64,000 bases of DNA from Dehalococcoidia bacterium (GTDB lineage: Bacteria > Chloroflexota > Dehalococcoidia > Lucifugimonadales > SAR202-VII-2). Shown here one piece after another: positions 47,408-57,214 of the stretch; the first letter of the stretch is position 1; each line of letters begins with the position of its first letter. The notes under the pieces are model-generated. The model ran no database searches. It saw only the letters and a list, made by a program, of their open reading frames with translations, and was not told the origin of the DNA. The stretch covers positions 230,520 to 294,519 of the forward strand of contig CBDDDS010000003.1 of NCBI GenBank assembly GCA_965226745.1, in the 5' to 3' direction. Made by a program: the position numbers and the translations under genes.

Positions 47408-48070
47408 CTGGCGGGGGCTGCGCCCCCTGCACCCCGCTTGGGAGTGGGGGGAGCGTCGCTTTCTTGCCTGGGCGCTTCCGGACCCCCATCCTAACCTTCC
47501 CCCGAGTACAGGGGCAGGGACAGAGCAGCCCCCTGCACCCTGCTTGGGAGTGGGGGTTTTGTTTTGGCCTGCGCCCTCTTTCAGGGGAGGGTCTATTTTA
47601 GCCAGCGCCGTTGTCCCACCTGGCCCACCCTCCAACGTTTTTGGAAACAGGGGGACTCCCCCTGTACCCCCGGCGGGAACCAAGGGTTCCCTGCACCCTC
47701 CTTTGAGAGACAGGTGAGGCCTTCGCTTAGCATTGCGGGGGACACGCTGTAGCCCCAGCGGGGGCTGCGCCCCCTGCACCCTGCTTGGGGAACGGAGGGT
47801 CTTGTTGTGGCCTGCGCCTTCTTTCAGGGGAGGGTCTGGCTTGGCCTGCGCCGTTGTCCCACCTGGCCCACCCTCCAACGTTTTTGGAAACAGGGGGATT
47901 CCCCCTGTACCCCCGGCGGGGGCTGCGCCCCCTGCACCCTGCTTGGGGAACGGGGGGAGCGTCGCTTTCTTGCCTGGGCGCTTCCGGACCCCCATCCTAA
48001 CCTGCCCCTGTACTCGGGGGCAGGGACAGAGCAGCCCCCTGCACCCCCGCTTGGGGGAAGGGGGTTTGCG
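47408..48070. repeat. ~660-bp array of mosaic R-family repeats filling a convergent intergenic region
   Basis: About three ~230-bp units, each built from modules GGGGGCTGCGCCCCCTGCACCCTGCTTGGGG, TTGGCCTGCGCC...CAACGTTTTTGGAAACAGGGGGA-TCCCCCTGT and CTTCCGGACCCCCATCCTAACCT(T/G)CCCC-loop-GGGGCAGGGACAGAG. Confidence 0.85.
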
Positions 48071-48079
48071 TGCGGGTTT

Positions 48080-49270
48080 CTAGCTGCCGTTGCCGAGGCC
48101 GAAGTATTGGGCGACGGTCCCGACGGTGAGCATGTAGCGCTCCTCTTCTGAGAGGCCGGCGCTGCACTCCTCGATGATGCTGTCGGAGTTGGGCCAGTCC
48201 GACTCCAGGTGGGGGAAGTCGTTGGCCCACATGATGCGGTCCAGCCCTCCCACAGCCTGGGCGATGCGCACGCCCACGGGGTTCCTGTTCATGCCCCACC
48301 AGAAGTGGTCGTGGGCGTATTCGCTGGGCCATTTGGGCAGTTGGGGCAGTCCGAGGACGCGCTCGACCCAGAAGCGCTGCCGCCCGTACTCATTGTCCAG
48401 GGTTTCGATCCAGTGGGGCACCCAGCCGTACTGGACCTCGGCGATGTACATCCTCAGCTCTGGCAGGCGGTCGAAGACGCCGGACCAGATCATCTGGGTG
48501 GCCTGGAGAGCGCCCCGGAAGCCGTACTTGTTGAAGCGGTCCACCATGTCGGGGACGCCCATCTCCGGGTCCGGCGTCTTCGAGTACTTGAAGGCCGGCT
48601 GCGGGGGGCCGCCCGCGCCCCGGGGAGGGAAGCCAAAGGCGACATGGATGGTCAGGGCGATGCCAAGGTCGATGGCCTTGGCGTAGAACTCGTCGTCTTG
48701 CGGGACGGGGTAGGACTGGCCGCTGGGGAAGCTGTTCATTTGCACGGACCGCAGGCCGATCTTGGCGCAATGCTCCAACTCGGCGACGGTGGTTTCCAGA
48801 CTCTTGACGACCGGGATGACGCCTACGCCAATGAGGCGGTCCGGGTTGTGGGCGCAGTAGTCCAGGGCGAGCCAGTCGTTGTAGGCCCTGCAGAGGGCGA
48901 CGTAGGCGTTGTCGTTGCGGATGCCGCGCCACCAGGATGCGCCGATTGTGCCGGTGTAGAGGACCTCGGCGTCGACGCTGTCCACGTCCTGTTCCCGCAG
49001 GCGCTGCTCCGGGGAGCCGGTGCCAGGGGAGTCTTCATAGCTGTCGGCGGGATCGGGGTCGAAGGGGCGGCGTTCCTCGTAGGGCTTGCCGCAGTTGATG
49101 CTGGAGATCAAGCGCTCGATGGGCTTGCCCTCCTGCACGACGGCGCGGATGCCGTCGTGCATGGTGACGACCCGCGGCATGTGGCCCTGGAATTCCTCGG
49201 GGACGCGGGCGGTGTACCTGTCCGGCCTGACCTCGAGATGTGAGTCCGCTGAGATGCGACGGTACTTCAT
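48080..49270 (-). CDS. amidohydrolase family protein
   Basis: 396 aa. ISADSHLEV N-terminal metal site, and WANDFPHLESDW C-terminal motif. Confidence 0.85.
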   Translation of the reverse strand: MKYRRISADSHLEVRPDRYTARVPEEFQGHMPRVVTMHDGIRAVVQEGKPIERLISSINCGKPYEERRPFDPDPADSYEDSPGTGSPEQRLREQDVDSVDAEVLYTGTIGASWWRGIRNDNAYVALCRAYNDWLALDYCAHNPDRLIGVGVIPVVKSLETTVAELEHCAKIGLRSVQMNSFPSGQSYPVPQDDEFYAKAIDLGIALTIHVAFGFPPRGAGGPPQPAFKYSKTPDPEMGVPDMVDRFNKYGFRGALQATQMIWSGVFDRLPELRMYIAEVQYGWVPHWIETLDNEYGRQRFWVERVLGLPQLPKWPSEYAHDHFWWGMNRNPVGVRIAQAVGGLDRIMWANDFPHLESDWPNSDSIIEECSAGLSEEERYMLTVGTVAQYFGLGNGS

Positions 49271-49444
49271 GGGGCCTCCCGAGTCCGCCTGGGCGTAGAC
49301 CGCTTCCAGGGCCGGTGGTTTCAGGTTGGCTCAGTATGGCACTGCCCTCAAAATGGTGTCAAACCGGCCAGGGTGCCCCTAATCCACCACCCAACCGGCG
49401 TTGCGGCTCTGGTGGGCGCTTTTGCTCTGCCGGCGGTTGGCGGT

Positions 49445-49555
49445 GGCTGACGCCGCTATCCCGCCCGCTCCGCCCTCGGAGGTTGGGGGTACAGGGGAGA
49501 ACCCCCTTCCTAACCTTCCCCCGAGTACGGGGGCAGGAACAGAGGGACGCTTCCC
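49445..49555. repeat. R-family repeat fragment
   Basis: GCCGCTATCCCGCCCGCTCCGCCCTC...TTCCTAACCTTCCCCCGAGTACGGGGGCAGGAACAGAG. Confidence 0.75.
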
Positions 49556-49567
49556 AGCCTTCCTGCG

Positions 49568-49947
49568 GGATGGGCAGGGTTCCCCCGGCTTCGGTCTCTT
49601 CCTTTGATTGTATGTGTTCCTGCTTTTTCTTCTCCCCCGGCGCCCCGTAGTCGTGGAGCCGTCGCGTAGCCGTCGTGGAGCTGTCGTGGAGCTGTCGCGT
49701 AGCTGTCGCGGATGCGTCGCGTAGCCGGATGGCTCCAAAGAGCTTGCCTTACAACGGCATTCGCTCCGGTCCCAGCCTTCCTCGGACGGTCTTGCCCCTA
49801 GGGATGTTCCCTCAGCGCCCCTGCCACAGGGGGATTCTCTATGGTTAGCCCCCAGTACATACGTTATGCGGCAGGCTCCAAGGAAGAGAAGCGGGCCGGG
49901 GGCCCACTTCATGGGGAGACTATAGCACAAAGGTTCGCATAATGCAA
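49568..49947 (-). ncRNA. copy D of dispersed promoter + core + phased-repeat element
   Basis: On the minus strand: -35 TTGCAT (49942-49947), 17-nt spacer, TGTGCTATAGT (-10 at 49919-49924), conserved core, repeats 49651-49727, and a 3' module shared with copy E (…ACATACAATCAAAGG…GGGGGAACCCTGCCCATCCC). Confidence 0.6.
49651..49727 (-). repeat. phased short repeats, exact 11-nt period x7, GTCG(T/C)G core (plus-strand reading)
   Basis: GTCGTGGAGCC GTCGCGTAGCC GTCGTGGAGCT GTCGTGGAGCT GTCGCGTAGCT GTCGCGGATGC GTCGCGTAGCC. Confidence 0.95.
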
Positions 49948-50002
49948 TAGGCGTGGGGCATAGGCTTCCCCCGCGGCGGGGGGCAGGGATTTGGGATGGG
50001 TG

Positions 50003-50350
50003 GGCTTGTTGTGGCCTGCGCCTTCCTTCACCGGAGGGTCTGGCTTGGCGTGCGCCGCTATCCCGCCCACACCGCCCTCTGACGTTTTCCAGGACAGGGG
50101 GACACCCCCTGTACCCCCGGCGGGAACCAAGGGTTCCCTGCACCCTCCTTTTGGGAGACAGGTGAGGCCTTCGCTCAGCATTGCGGGGGACTCGCTGTAC
50201 CCTCGGCGTGGGCTGCGCCCCCCTGCTCCCCCGCTCGGCGGCGGTCGCGAGCTTGCGTTGGCGGGGCGTGGCGCTTCCTGGCCTGCCAACGGGCGCGGGG
50301 GCGTGGACAGAGGGTTGCCCCGTAGCCGGGGCAGGGGTGGTGGAGAGGGG
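50003..50350 (+). repeat. R-family mosaic repeat, promoter-proximal flank of copy D
   Basis: Same module order as 42521-42745 and 61508-61660. Confidence 0.8.
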
Positions 50351-50457
50351 GTAGGGGTTGGACATTGGCGGCTTGCGGGGCGGAGGGCGTGGGGGGTACT
50401 TTGGGCCTGCCATCCTTCCCGCTTCTTGGAGACTCCGCGGATGAGCGCACCGGAAAA

Positions 50458-52888
50458 ATGCCTATCCACATAGACTACGACGACCCCAAGTACGCCAAGG
50501 CCGCCGCTGAGATCCTGCGGCGGTACGACAACAACGATCTCGAGGCGAACATCACGAGCGCGGTGCGGGACTTCCTCGTCATCACTGGCCTCGTCGGACC
50601 CAGCGAGGTCGACCTGGAGAACCCACCGGCCCAGGGCTCGCGCCGGGCGGTGGACCTCACCGCCCTTGACACCTTCATCGAGTTCAAGCGCAGGATCGGT
50701 CCCGCCGGGGGCTTCCCCCCAAACTGGGAGTACGTGGAGCAGCTCGACGATTACCTGGCGCAGGCGCTAGGGCAGGGCCGGATGTGCATGGGCATCCTGG
50801 CCGACGGCAAGCACTGGCTGCTGCGCTCACATAACGCCACTTCGGTCAAAACGACTCCGTCCGACGCCTTCACCCTGGAGGACCCGAACCGCTGGACCCT
50901 CCTCTATGAGTGGCTCCGCGACCGCGCCCTGTTCACAGCGGAGAACGTGGTCCCGGACCGAGAGAGCATCGGGAACCACTTCGGCCCCGACAGCGCGGTC
51001 TACGAGCGCGACATAGCGGAACTCAAAGCCCTGTACGGCCAGTGCGCCGATTTCAACACCATCATGGTCAAGAGGCGGCTGTGGCAGGACCTGCTCATGG
51101 CGGCCCTGGGCGAAATCGCCGGCACTCCCGCTGAGTTGGATGACCTGTTCGTCCGCCACACCTATTTGAGCGCCGTCATCGGCATGGCGGTGCAGGCGTC
51201 CTTCGGCAACGACATCCGCCAACTGGCGGAGACCGATCCCGCGGACCTGCTCCACGGCCGCGACTTCCGCGACAAGACCGGGCTTCAGGGCGTTGTGGAG
51301 TCGGACTTCTTCGCCTGGCCTACGGAGGTGGGGGGCCTGCTGCTGCTGAAGGCGCTGGCGCGCCGGGTGGCGAGGTTCGACTGGATGGAGGCGCCCACTG
51401 ACGTCGCCGCGATCCTGTACGAGACCGTGATCCCGCCCGACGAGCGCCGCCAATTGGGGGAGTACTACACCCCAGACTGGCTGGCGCGAACGATCGTGCG
51501 GGAAGTGGTCACCGACCCGTTGAACCAGAGCGTCCTAGACCCGGCCTGCGGCTCGGGGACGTTCGTAGCCGAGGCAGTCACCCACTTCATAGAGGCCGCC
51601 AACGCCATGTCCCTTGATCCCCAAGAGGTGTTGGGACGGCTGCGCTCCTCCGTCGTCGGCATCGATGTCCACCCAGCGGCGGTGCACCTGGCGCGGGCCG
51701 CTTGGGTCCTGGCCGCGAGGCCAGCGATACAGGCCGCCGTCGCTTATGGCGTTGCCTCCAACATCACCGCGCCTATCTACCTGGGAGACGCCCTTCAGCT
51801 CCGGTTCCGCGCTGGGGACATGTTCGCCCAGCGCGACGTCACGGTGCCGGTGGGGGACAAGCAGAATACGGAGTTGGTGTTTCCGAGGAACCTCGTGGAG
51901 CGGGCCGAGACCTTCGACGCCCTGATGGGCGACATTGCCGAAGCCATCGAGCGCGGCGGCGACCCCCACCTGGCCCTCGACGACAACCACATCACCGACC
52001 CGGGTGAGCGGGAGACCCTGAAGAAGACCATCGTGACCCTGCAAATGCTGCACGACGAGGGCCGCAACCACATATGGGCCTACTACACGCGCAACCTCGT
52101 GCGTCCAGTGGCCATGTCTCGGACCAAGGTGGACGTGATTGTGGGGAATCCGCCGTGGCTGAACTACAACCAGACCGTCGGCATACTGCGCACGGAATTG
52201 GAGAGGCAAAGCAGGGACCTCTACGGCATCTGGGCCGGCGGCCGCTACGCCACCCATCAGGACGTGGCCGGGCTGTTCTTTGCCCGGAGCGTGGACCTGT
52301 ACCTGAAGGACGGGGGCGTCATTGGCTTTGTGCTGCCGCACAGCGCCCTGCAGGCGGGTCAATACAGCAAGTGGCGCAGTGGGCACTGGCGGGAGAGGAA
52401 CAGGGCTAGGAGCGTTCAGGTGGACTTTGCGTTCAAGCCCGCCTGGGACCTAGAGCGGCTGGCGCCCAACACCTTCTTCCCAATGCCAGCATCCGTGGTC
52501 TTTGCCGCCAAGCTCCCGGTGGACACTCCGGGCAGGGTTCTGGCGGGAGAGGTGGAGCGCTGGCTTGGCATGGCCGGCTCGCCCTCCGTGCGGCGGGTGC
52601 GCGCCGGCATCACGGACACGTCGGCTGGCGGCGGCTCCCCCTACGCCGACCACTCCCTTCAAGGAGCGACGATTGTTCCGCGCTGCCTGTTCTTGGTGGA
52701 AGAGACCGAGAATCCGGCCATCGTCCGGGCCGGGCGGACGGCGACCGTGAATCCGAGACGGGGCGCCCAAGACAAGGAACCCTGGCGCAGCCTCGACCTG
52801 ACCGCAATCACAAGTCAGACCATCGAATCCAATCACGTCTACGACGTTCACTTGGGAGAGACCGTCGTCCCCTACGCCACACTTGACC
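50458..52888 (+). pseudogene. MmeI-like type IIG restriction-modification enzyme, N-terminal fragment (interrupted by IS)
   Basis: PD-(D/E)xK-like nuclease motif VDLTALDTFIEFKRR. Gamma-class N6-adenine MTase motif I LDPACGSGTF and motif IV VGNPPWLNY. The reading frame is cut at 52888 by the IS inverted repeat. Confidence 0.8.
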
Positions 52889-52920
52889 TGACCTGCCCCC
52901 TGAATTAGGTCCAAGTATTC

Positions 52921-53760
52921 TTAGAGTCCGACCGGCGTATTCCTAGCCACCTGTTGTGCGAACTCCTCGGGCGTCCGGTTGCCCAGTGCGCTGTGGGGCC
53001 GGACAGCATTGTAGTCGTCCCGCCAGCGCTCGACGATGTTCCGGGCCGCAGGAAGACTCACGAACCAGTGCTCGTTGAGGCACTCGTCGCGAAGCCGCCC
53101 GTTGAAGCTCTCGATGTACGCATTCTGCACGGGCTTGCCCGGATCGATGAAGTGCAGATGCACCCCATGTGCATACGCCCAAGCGTCCAGAATCCTCCCG
53201 GCGAATTCAGGGCCGTTGTCTACGGTGATCAGCTCCGGCAGGCCACGGTCGATGGCCAGCCTGTCCAACACCCTTGTCACGCGGAGGCCGGGCAACGACG
53301 TGTCCACCTCCATGGGCAGGCTCTCCCGAGTGAAGTCGTCAATCACCGTCAGCACTCGTATCCGCCGGCCACTGGCGAGCGCATCGGACACGAAGTCCAT
53401 CGACCACCGCTGGTTCGGGCGCTCGGGCGCCATCGTGGGGACGCGAGCGATGCCCGCCATCCGCTTGCGCTTCCGACGCCGGACGGACAGCCCCTCCTCC
53501 CGATAGAGCCGGTAGACCCGCTTGTGGTTCACGCCGAACCCCTCCCGGCGCAACAACACCCACAACCGGCGATACCCGAAGCGCCGCCGCTCCGCGGCGA
53601 GCGAGCGCAGTCGCTTGAGGAGTTCGGGTGCGTCGCTGCCCACCCGCCTATAGCGGGCCACCGATCGGTGGATACCCATCAGCCTGCAGGCGCGACGCTC
53701 GCTGAAGCCCCACCGCTCCTGGACACGGTGCATGGTCTCCCGTCGCGTTGCAGGCGTCAT
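52921..53760 (-). CDS. IS3-family transposase OrfB (DDE integrase core)
   Basis: 279 aa, with [13 protein letters not shown] and [14 protein letters not shown] (the DDE triad context). Confidence 0.9.
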   Translation of the reverse strand: MTPATRRETMHRVQERWGFSERRACRLMGIHRSVARYRRVGSDAPELLKRLRSLAAERRRFGYRRLWVLLRREGFGVNHKRVYRLYREEGLSVRRRKRKRMAGIARVPTMAPERPNQRWSMDFVSDALASGRRIRVLTVIDDFTRESLPMEVDTSLPGLRVTRVLDRLAIDRGLPELITVDNGPEFAGRILDAWAYAHGVHLHFIDPGKPVQNAYIESFNGRLRDECLNEHWFVSLPAARNIVERWRDDYNAVRPHSALGNRTPEEFAQQVARNTPVGL

Positions 53761-54056
53761 GCGTTTTTTCGGAGCAGCTCCCGCAAGACGTGATTGTCGA
53801 GCGTCGCCTCCGCCAGCAGCTGCTTCAGCTTCCGGTTCTCCTCATCCAGATGGCGCAGCCGTCGCGCCTCGCTCACGCCCATCCCGCCGAACCGCGCCTT
53901 CCAGTTGTAGAAGGTCCCCGGTGAGACACCATGTCGGCGGCATACCTCGGCCGTCGGCACTCCCGCGTCCGCCTCCCTCAGGACCCCGATGATCTGCTCG
54001 TCCGTAAACCTGCTCCTCCGCATGCTGTCCTCCTCTGTTTGACCGGAGGACTCCAA
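53757..54056 (-). CDS. IS3-family transposase OrfA (HTH)
   Basis: 99 aa. [39 protein letters not shown] and a leucine-zipper-like tail. AAAAAAC lies near the stop (53764-53770, minus strand), consistent with -1 frameshifting into OrfB. Confidence 0.9.
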   Translation of the reverse strand: MESSGQTEEDSMRRSRFTDEQIIGVLREADAGVPTAEVCRRHGVSPGTFYNWKARFGGMGVSEARRLRHLDEENRKLKQLLAEATLDNHVLRELLRKNA

Positions 54057-54089
54057 TTATCCGTGGACCGGTTTTCGGGGAGCAGGTCA

Positions 54090-54854
54090 GACCCTCTCAA
54101 AGCAGTTCTGCCCCTGAGGAGCGGCGACAGCGCGATTCCCATCGCCGATGAAGAAACGGAACATGGCGTGGGGGGAATTCGTCTAGATGGACTCGAAAGA
54201 CGGATGCGGGAACGGTGGCGAACCGTTAGCCGCCTGTGGGAGGAGAAGAGGGCAGAAGCCAACAAGCTAGACCTGTTGGGGCAGTTGGACTACTACGGCA
54301 AACTGTCGGCCCAGTTGAGATGGCGGCAGGATCCAGGCGGCAAGCCAGTGCGGGTGGTGTACACGACCTCTGGTCAGCCGACGGCAGCGCTGCTCAGCGA
54401 AAACAACGCAATAGTTACTGAACGACTTTATTGGCTTACGTGCAAAGACCTTGAGGAAGCGAATTACCTGCTGGCTGTCATCAATAGCAACAGGCTGTAC
54501 GAAGTGGTAGGCTCGCTGATGTCCAGGGGCCTGTTCGGCGCGCGCGACTTGCACAATCACCTATGGAAGCTGCCCATCCCGGAGTTCGACCCGAATGACG
54601 CTCTGCACGCGGCGGTGTCGGAGGCCGGCAAGGCGGCGGCGGCAGGGGCGGCCAGGCAACTGGCCCAACTGCGGGCAGACCGGGGAGACGAACTGACCGT
54701 GGCGATTGCCCGGCGGGAGCTGCGGAGGTGGCTGCGCACGTTGGCGGAGGGGAAGGCGGTGGAGGCGGTGGTGGGGAGGTTGCTGGGGGGAGGGGTCGGC
54801 CTGCAAGATGAAGGAGATGGGCGATTGGATGAAGCGGACACCGCCCATGCCTAA
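54090..54854 (+). pseudogene. MmeI-like type IIG R-M enzyme, C-terminal (target-recognition) fragment
   Basis: Removing the IS and one GACC copy joins ...VVPYATLD-P-LKAVLPLRSG... in frame, restoring a ~1063-aa ORF. Confidence 0.8.
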
Positions 54855-55527
54855 GCATGACTACATATTTGTGGATGAATCGGGTGACCCCGCTTTTACC
54901 CGCGAACCAGCTTCGGGCCGTTTATTGAGCAGCAGCTTTTATATTGCCGCTGCATTGCATCTGTGCGACGATGCATTCCGCGACATCAACAAACACGTGG
55001 CCGCTTTCAGATACTATTCGGGTCTGAACAAGGAAATGAAAATTCCTCCCTCGAGAGAGGAATTTACGAAGCTTCTCGACCCAATTAGAGCTTTGTCAGA
55101 AGGCGGCAAGAATATATGGGCTTCGGTAGTATACGTGGATAAATGGGAGTACACCGGAAGCTATTTGAAACCAGGAGGAGCTAGGCCGGCGGATCCAGTT
55201 CGATTTCGAAACTACATGCTCCGCCGCTTGCTTGAACACCACTTTCAGCGATACGAACTACAATCGAATCAATACGACCTGGTTCTTGACCGGATAGAAT
55301 TGACCAGGGAAGAAACGGAGAACTTGAGGAAGTATCTTGCCGGCAACGCAAATATTCCCACCCCCACGCACATAACCCACGCCGCATCCATTTATGTGGA
55401 GGGGTTACAGATCGTGCATCACATAGCCAATGGCTATAGGAGCGTAGTTAATGGGGGCGATGCGCCTCATGAGCTTTCATTTGTTAACTCAAGAGACCTA
55501 ACTACCGACCAATACGTTGTCAACTAA
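54847..55527 (+). CDS. DUF3800 domain protein
   Basis: HDYIFVDESGDP N-terminal hallmark of DUF3800. AT-richer than its surroundings. The start overlaps the R-M stop (alternative ATGs at 54829 and 54808). Confidence 0.7.
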   Translation: MPKHDYIFVDESGDPAFTREPASGRLLSSSFYIAAALHLCDDAFRDINKHVAAFRYYSGLNKEMKIPPSREEFTKLLDPIRALSEGGKNIWASVVYVDKWEYTGSYLKPGGARPADPVRFRNYMLRRLLEHHFQRYELQSNQYDLVLDRIELTREETENLRKYLAGNANIPTPTHITHAASIYVEGLQIVHHIANGYRSVVNGGDAPHELSFVNSRDLTTDQYVVN

Positions 55528-55533
55528 AAGGTC

Positions 55534-55580
55534 GTGGGCTAGGGCGGGTTTCCATGTTTCAGGAAACCCGCCTAGCCCAC
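55534..55580 (+). terminator. 19-bp stem hairpin 3' of the DUF3800 gene
   Basis: GTGGGCTAGGGCGGGTTTCC - ATGTTTCA - GGAAACCCGCCTAGCCCAC, followed by ATTATT. Confidence 0.6.
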
Positions 55581-55670
55581 ATTATTAACGGACCAGCAAG
55601 AAGATCGTACATCGAGGAATTACTGTTGTCAACTGTTTGTTCTCGATGATGATCCGGCTGTGGGCGCGGG

Positions 55671-55765
55671 AAGGGAGAGAACGCTTCCTAACCTGCCCCC
55701 GTACTCAGGGGCAGGGACAGAGGCTTCCCCCGTAGCCGGGGGGCTGGGGCGGTGGAGAGGGGGCA
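55671..55765. repeat. R-family repeat fragment
   Basis: GCTTCCTAACCTGCCCCCGTACTCAGGGGCAGGGACAGAG...CCCCGTAGCCGGGG. Confidence 0.75.
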
Positions 55766-55951
55766 TTTTCAGCTTCACAGCCGGCGGTTGCGAAGTTGTC
55801 GGCTTCGATTAGGTGGGGGATTTGCGAGGGGGCGGCGCCGGGACTCCGTGTGCTATGCTTGCGGCCAAGCGCCGCCCCTCCGACCCGGATGCGCTTGCCA
55901 CCGCGAGCCGGAACCCGCCTCCGCGGGCCGGACCAAAGGAGTCGAACAGCC

Positions 55952-57100
55952 ATGACCTCCGCACGTTCTTTCGATCTTGTTGTGAAGGGGGGCGCCGTCC
56001 TCAATCTCGCCTCCGGAAGGGCGGTTGAGGCCGATGTTGGCGTCGCCGACGGGCACATCGCCGCGGTTGGACCGGCGCTCAGCGCGGAGGGCGCGGGGCG
56101 GGTCATCAACGCCGCCGGCGCCTATGTCACTCCCGGCCTCATCGACTTCCACGTCCACAGCTATTGGGGGGTGAACCCCTTTGGCTTCGACGCCGACCCT
56201 CTCTGCCTGAGCACCGGCGTCACCACTGCCGTCGACGCCGGTTCGGCGGGGCCTGTCAACTTCCCCGGCTTCAAGCGGTTCATTGCCGAGCGGGCCAAGA
56301 CGCGGATGTTGGCGTTCGTGGCCCTGGCTCAACACGGGGTATGGATGACGCCGGGAGAGTTGGAAGACCTGCGATTCGCCGACCCCGAGGGCGCCGCGGC
56401 CACCGTGAAGGAGCACCCGGACGTGGCCGTTGGGATCAAGGTGAGGTTGTCCAGGAGAATCGCCGGCGAGAACGGCAGGGAGGCGCTGAGGCTGGCGATT
56501 GTGGCCGGGGAGGCGTCCGGCACGCCGGTCATGGTCCACGTTGGAGACACGGCGATCTCCATGGAGGAGATCTTGGACACGCTCCGTCCGGGCGACATCA
56601 TGACGCATTGCTATACGCCGCAGGCGCCATCCGTTGTCGATGAGAACGGCAAGGTGCTGCAGGCGGCCCTCCGCGCCAAGGAGCGCGGGGTGGTCTTCGA
56701 TGTGGCTCACGCCGGCGGCCACTTTGACTTCGACCTAGTGCGTAACGCCATGCAACAGGGCCTCCTCCCGGACATCATCAGCAGCGACATCCATGCTCGG
56801 CTGCTGATGCGCCCCAATCCCGTCAAGGACATGCCCACTACGATGGGCAAGTTCCTTCCGTTGGGCCTGAGCCTGGAACAGATCGTGGCCGCGTCCACGC
56901 TCAACCCCGCGAAGGCTATTGGGTGGCAGGACCGGCTGGGCAGTGTAGAGGTGGGCCGCGTCGCCGATCTGGCCGTTCTCGAGGTGGTGGAGGGGCCGGT
57001 GGTCTTCCAGGACTCCGTGGGCAAGGAGCTTGCCGCCGACCAGTCAATAGCGGCCCGCTGGACCATCCGCGCCGGTGAGGTTTTCGAGGGCGCCGGATAG
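55952..57100 (+). CDS. amidohydrolase/deacetylase family metallohydrolase (dihydroorotase-like)
   Basis: AAGGAG RBS. DLVVKGGAVLNL...VGVADGHIAAVG composite-domain start. GLIDFHVHSY metal site. Confidence 0.8.
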   Translation: MTSARSFDLVVKGGAVLNLASGRAVEADVGVADGHIAAVGPALSAEGAGRVINAAGAYVTPGLIDFHVHSYWGVNPFGFDADPLCLSTGVTTAVDAGSAGPVNFPGFKRFIAERAKTRMLAFVALAQHGVWMTPGELEDLRFADPEGAAATVKEHPDVAVGIKVRLSRRIAGENGREALRLAIVAGEASGTPVMVHVGDTAISMEEILDTLRPGDIMTHCYTPQAPSVVDENGKVLQAALRAKERGVVFDVAHAGGHFDFDLVRNAMQQGLLPDIISSDIHARLLMRPNPVKDMPTTMGKFLPLGLSLEQIVAASTLNPAKAIGWQDRLGSVEVGRVADLAVLEVVEGPVVFQDSVGKELAADQSIAARWTIRAGEVFEGAG

Positions 57101-57214
57101 GGGGCAAATGGAGAGGGGTGGCGCGGTCGGGGCAGGTCCAAGTTGGCCAATCGAGGACGTCGGATGTGCGCCATACTTGGTCCGATATGCACGTAGTTCC
57201 AAGGTTAATATGAG

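Larger units (their letters stand above)
52889..54089 (-). mobile_element. IS3-family insertion sequence (IS407-group-like), 1201 bp, apparently intact
   Basis: Imperfect terminal inverted repeats TGACCTGCCCCCTGAA...GGTCCA (left) and TGACCTGCTCCCCGAA...GGTCCA (right, reverse complement). 4-bp direct duplication GACC at 52885-52888 and 54090-54093. orfA/orfB with an A6 slippery run. Confidence 0.9.

Noticed and set aside
47408-48070. Possible CRISPR array in the 660-bp repeat block
   Set aside because: The units are ~230 bp mosaic repeats with no unique spacers of regular length, and the same modules are dispersed singly elsewhere. There are no cas genes.
49379-50413. 344-aa minus-strand ORF
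   Set aside because: It reads straight through R repeats, the promoter and the core of element copy D. The sequence is repeat-derived (PPSTGAGTE-like strings recur wherever the repeats are translated), so it is not a gene.
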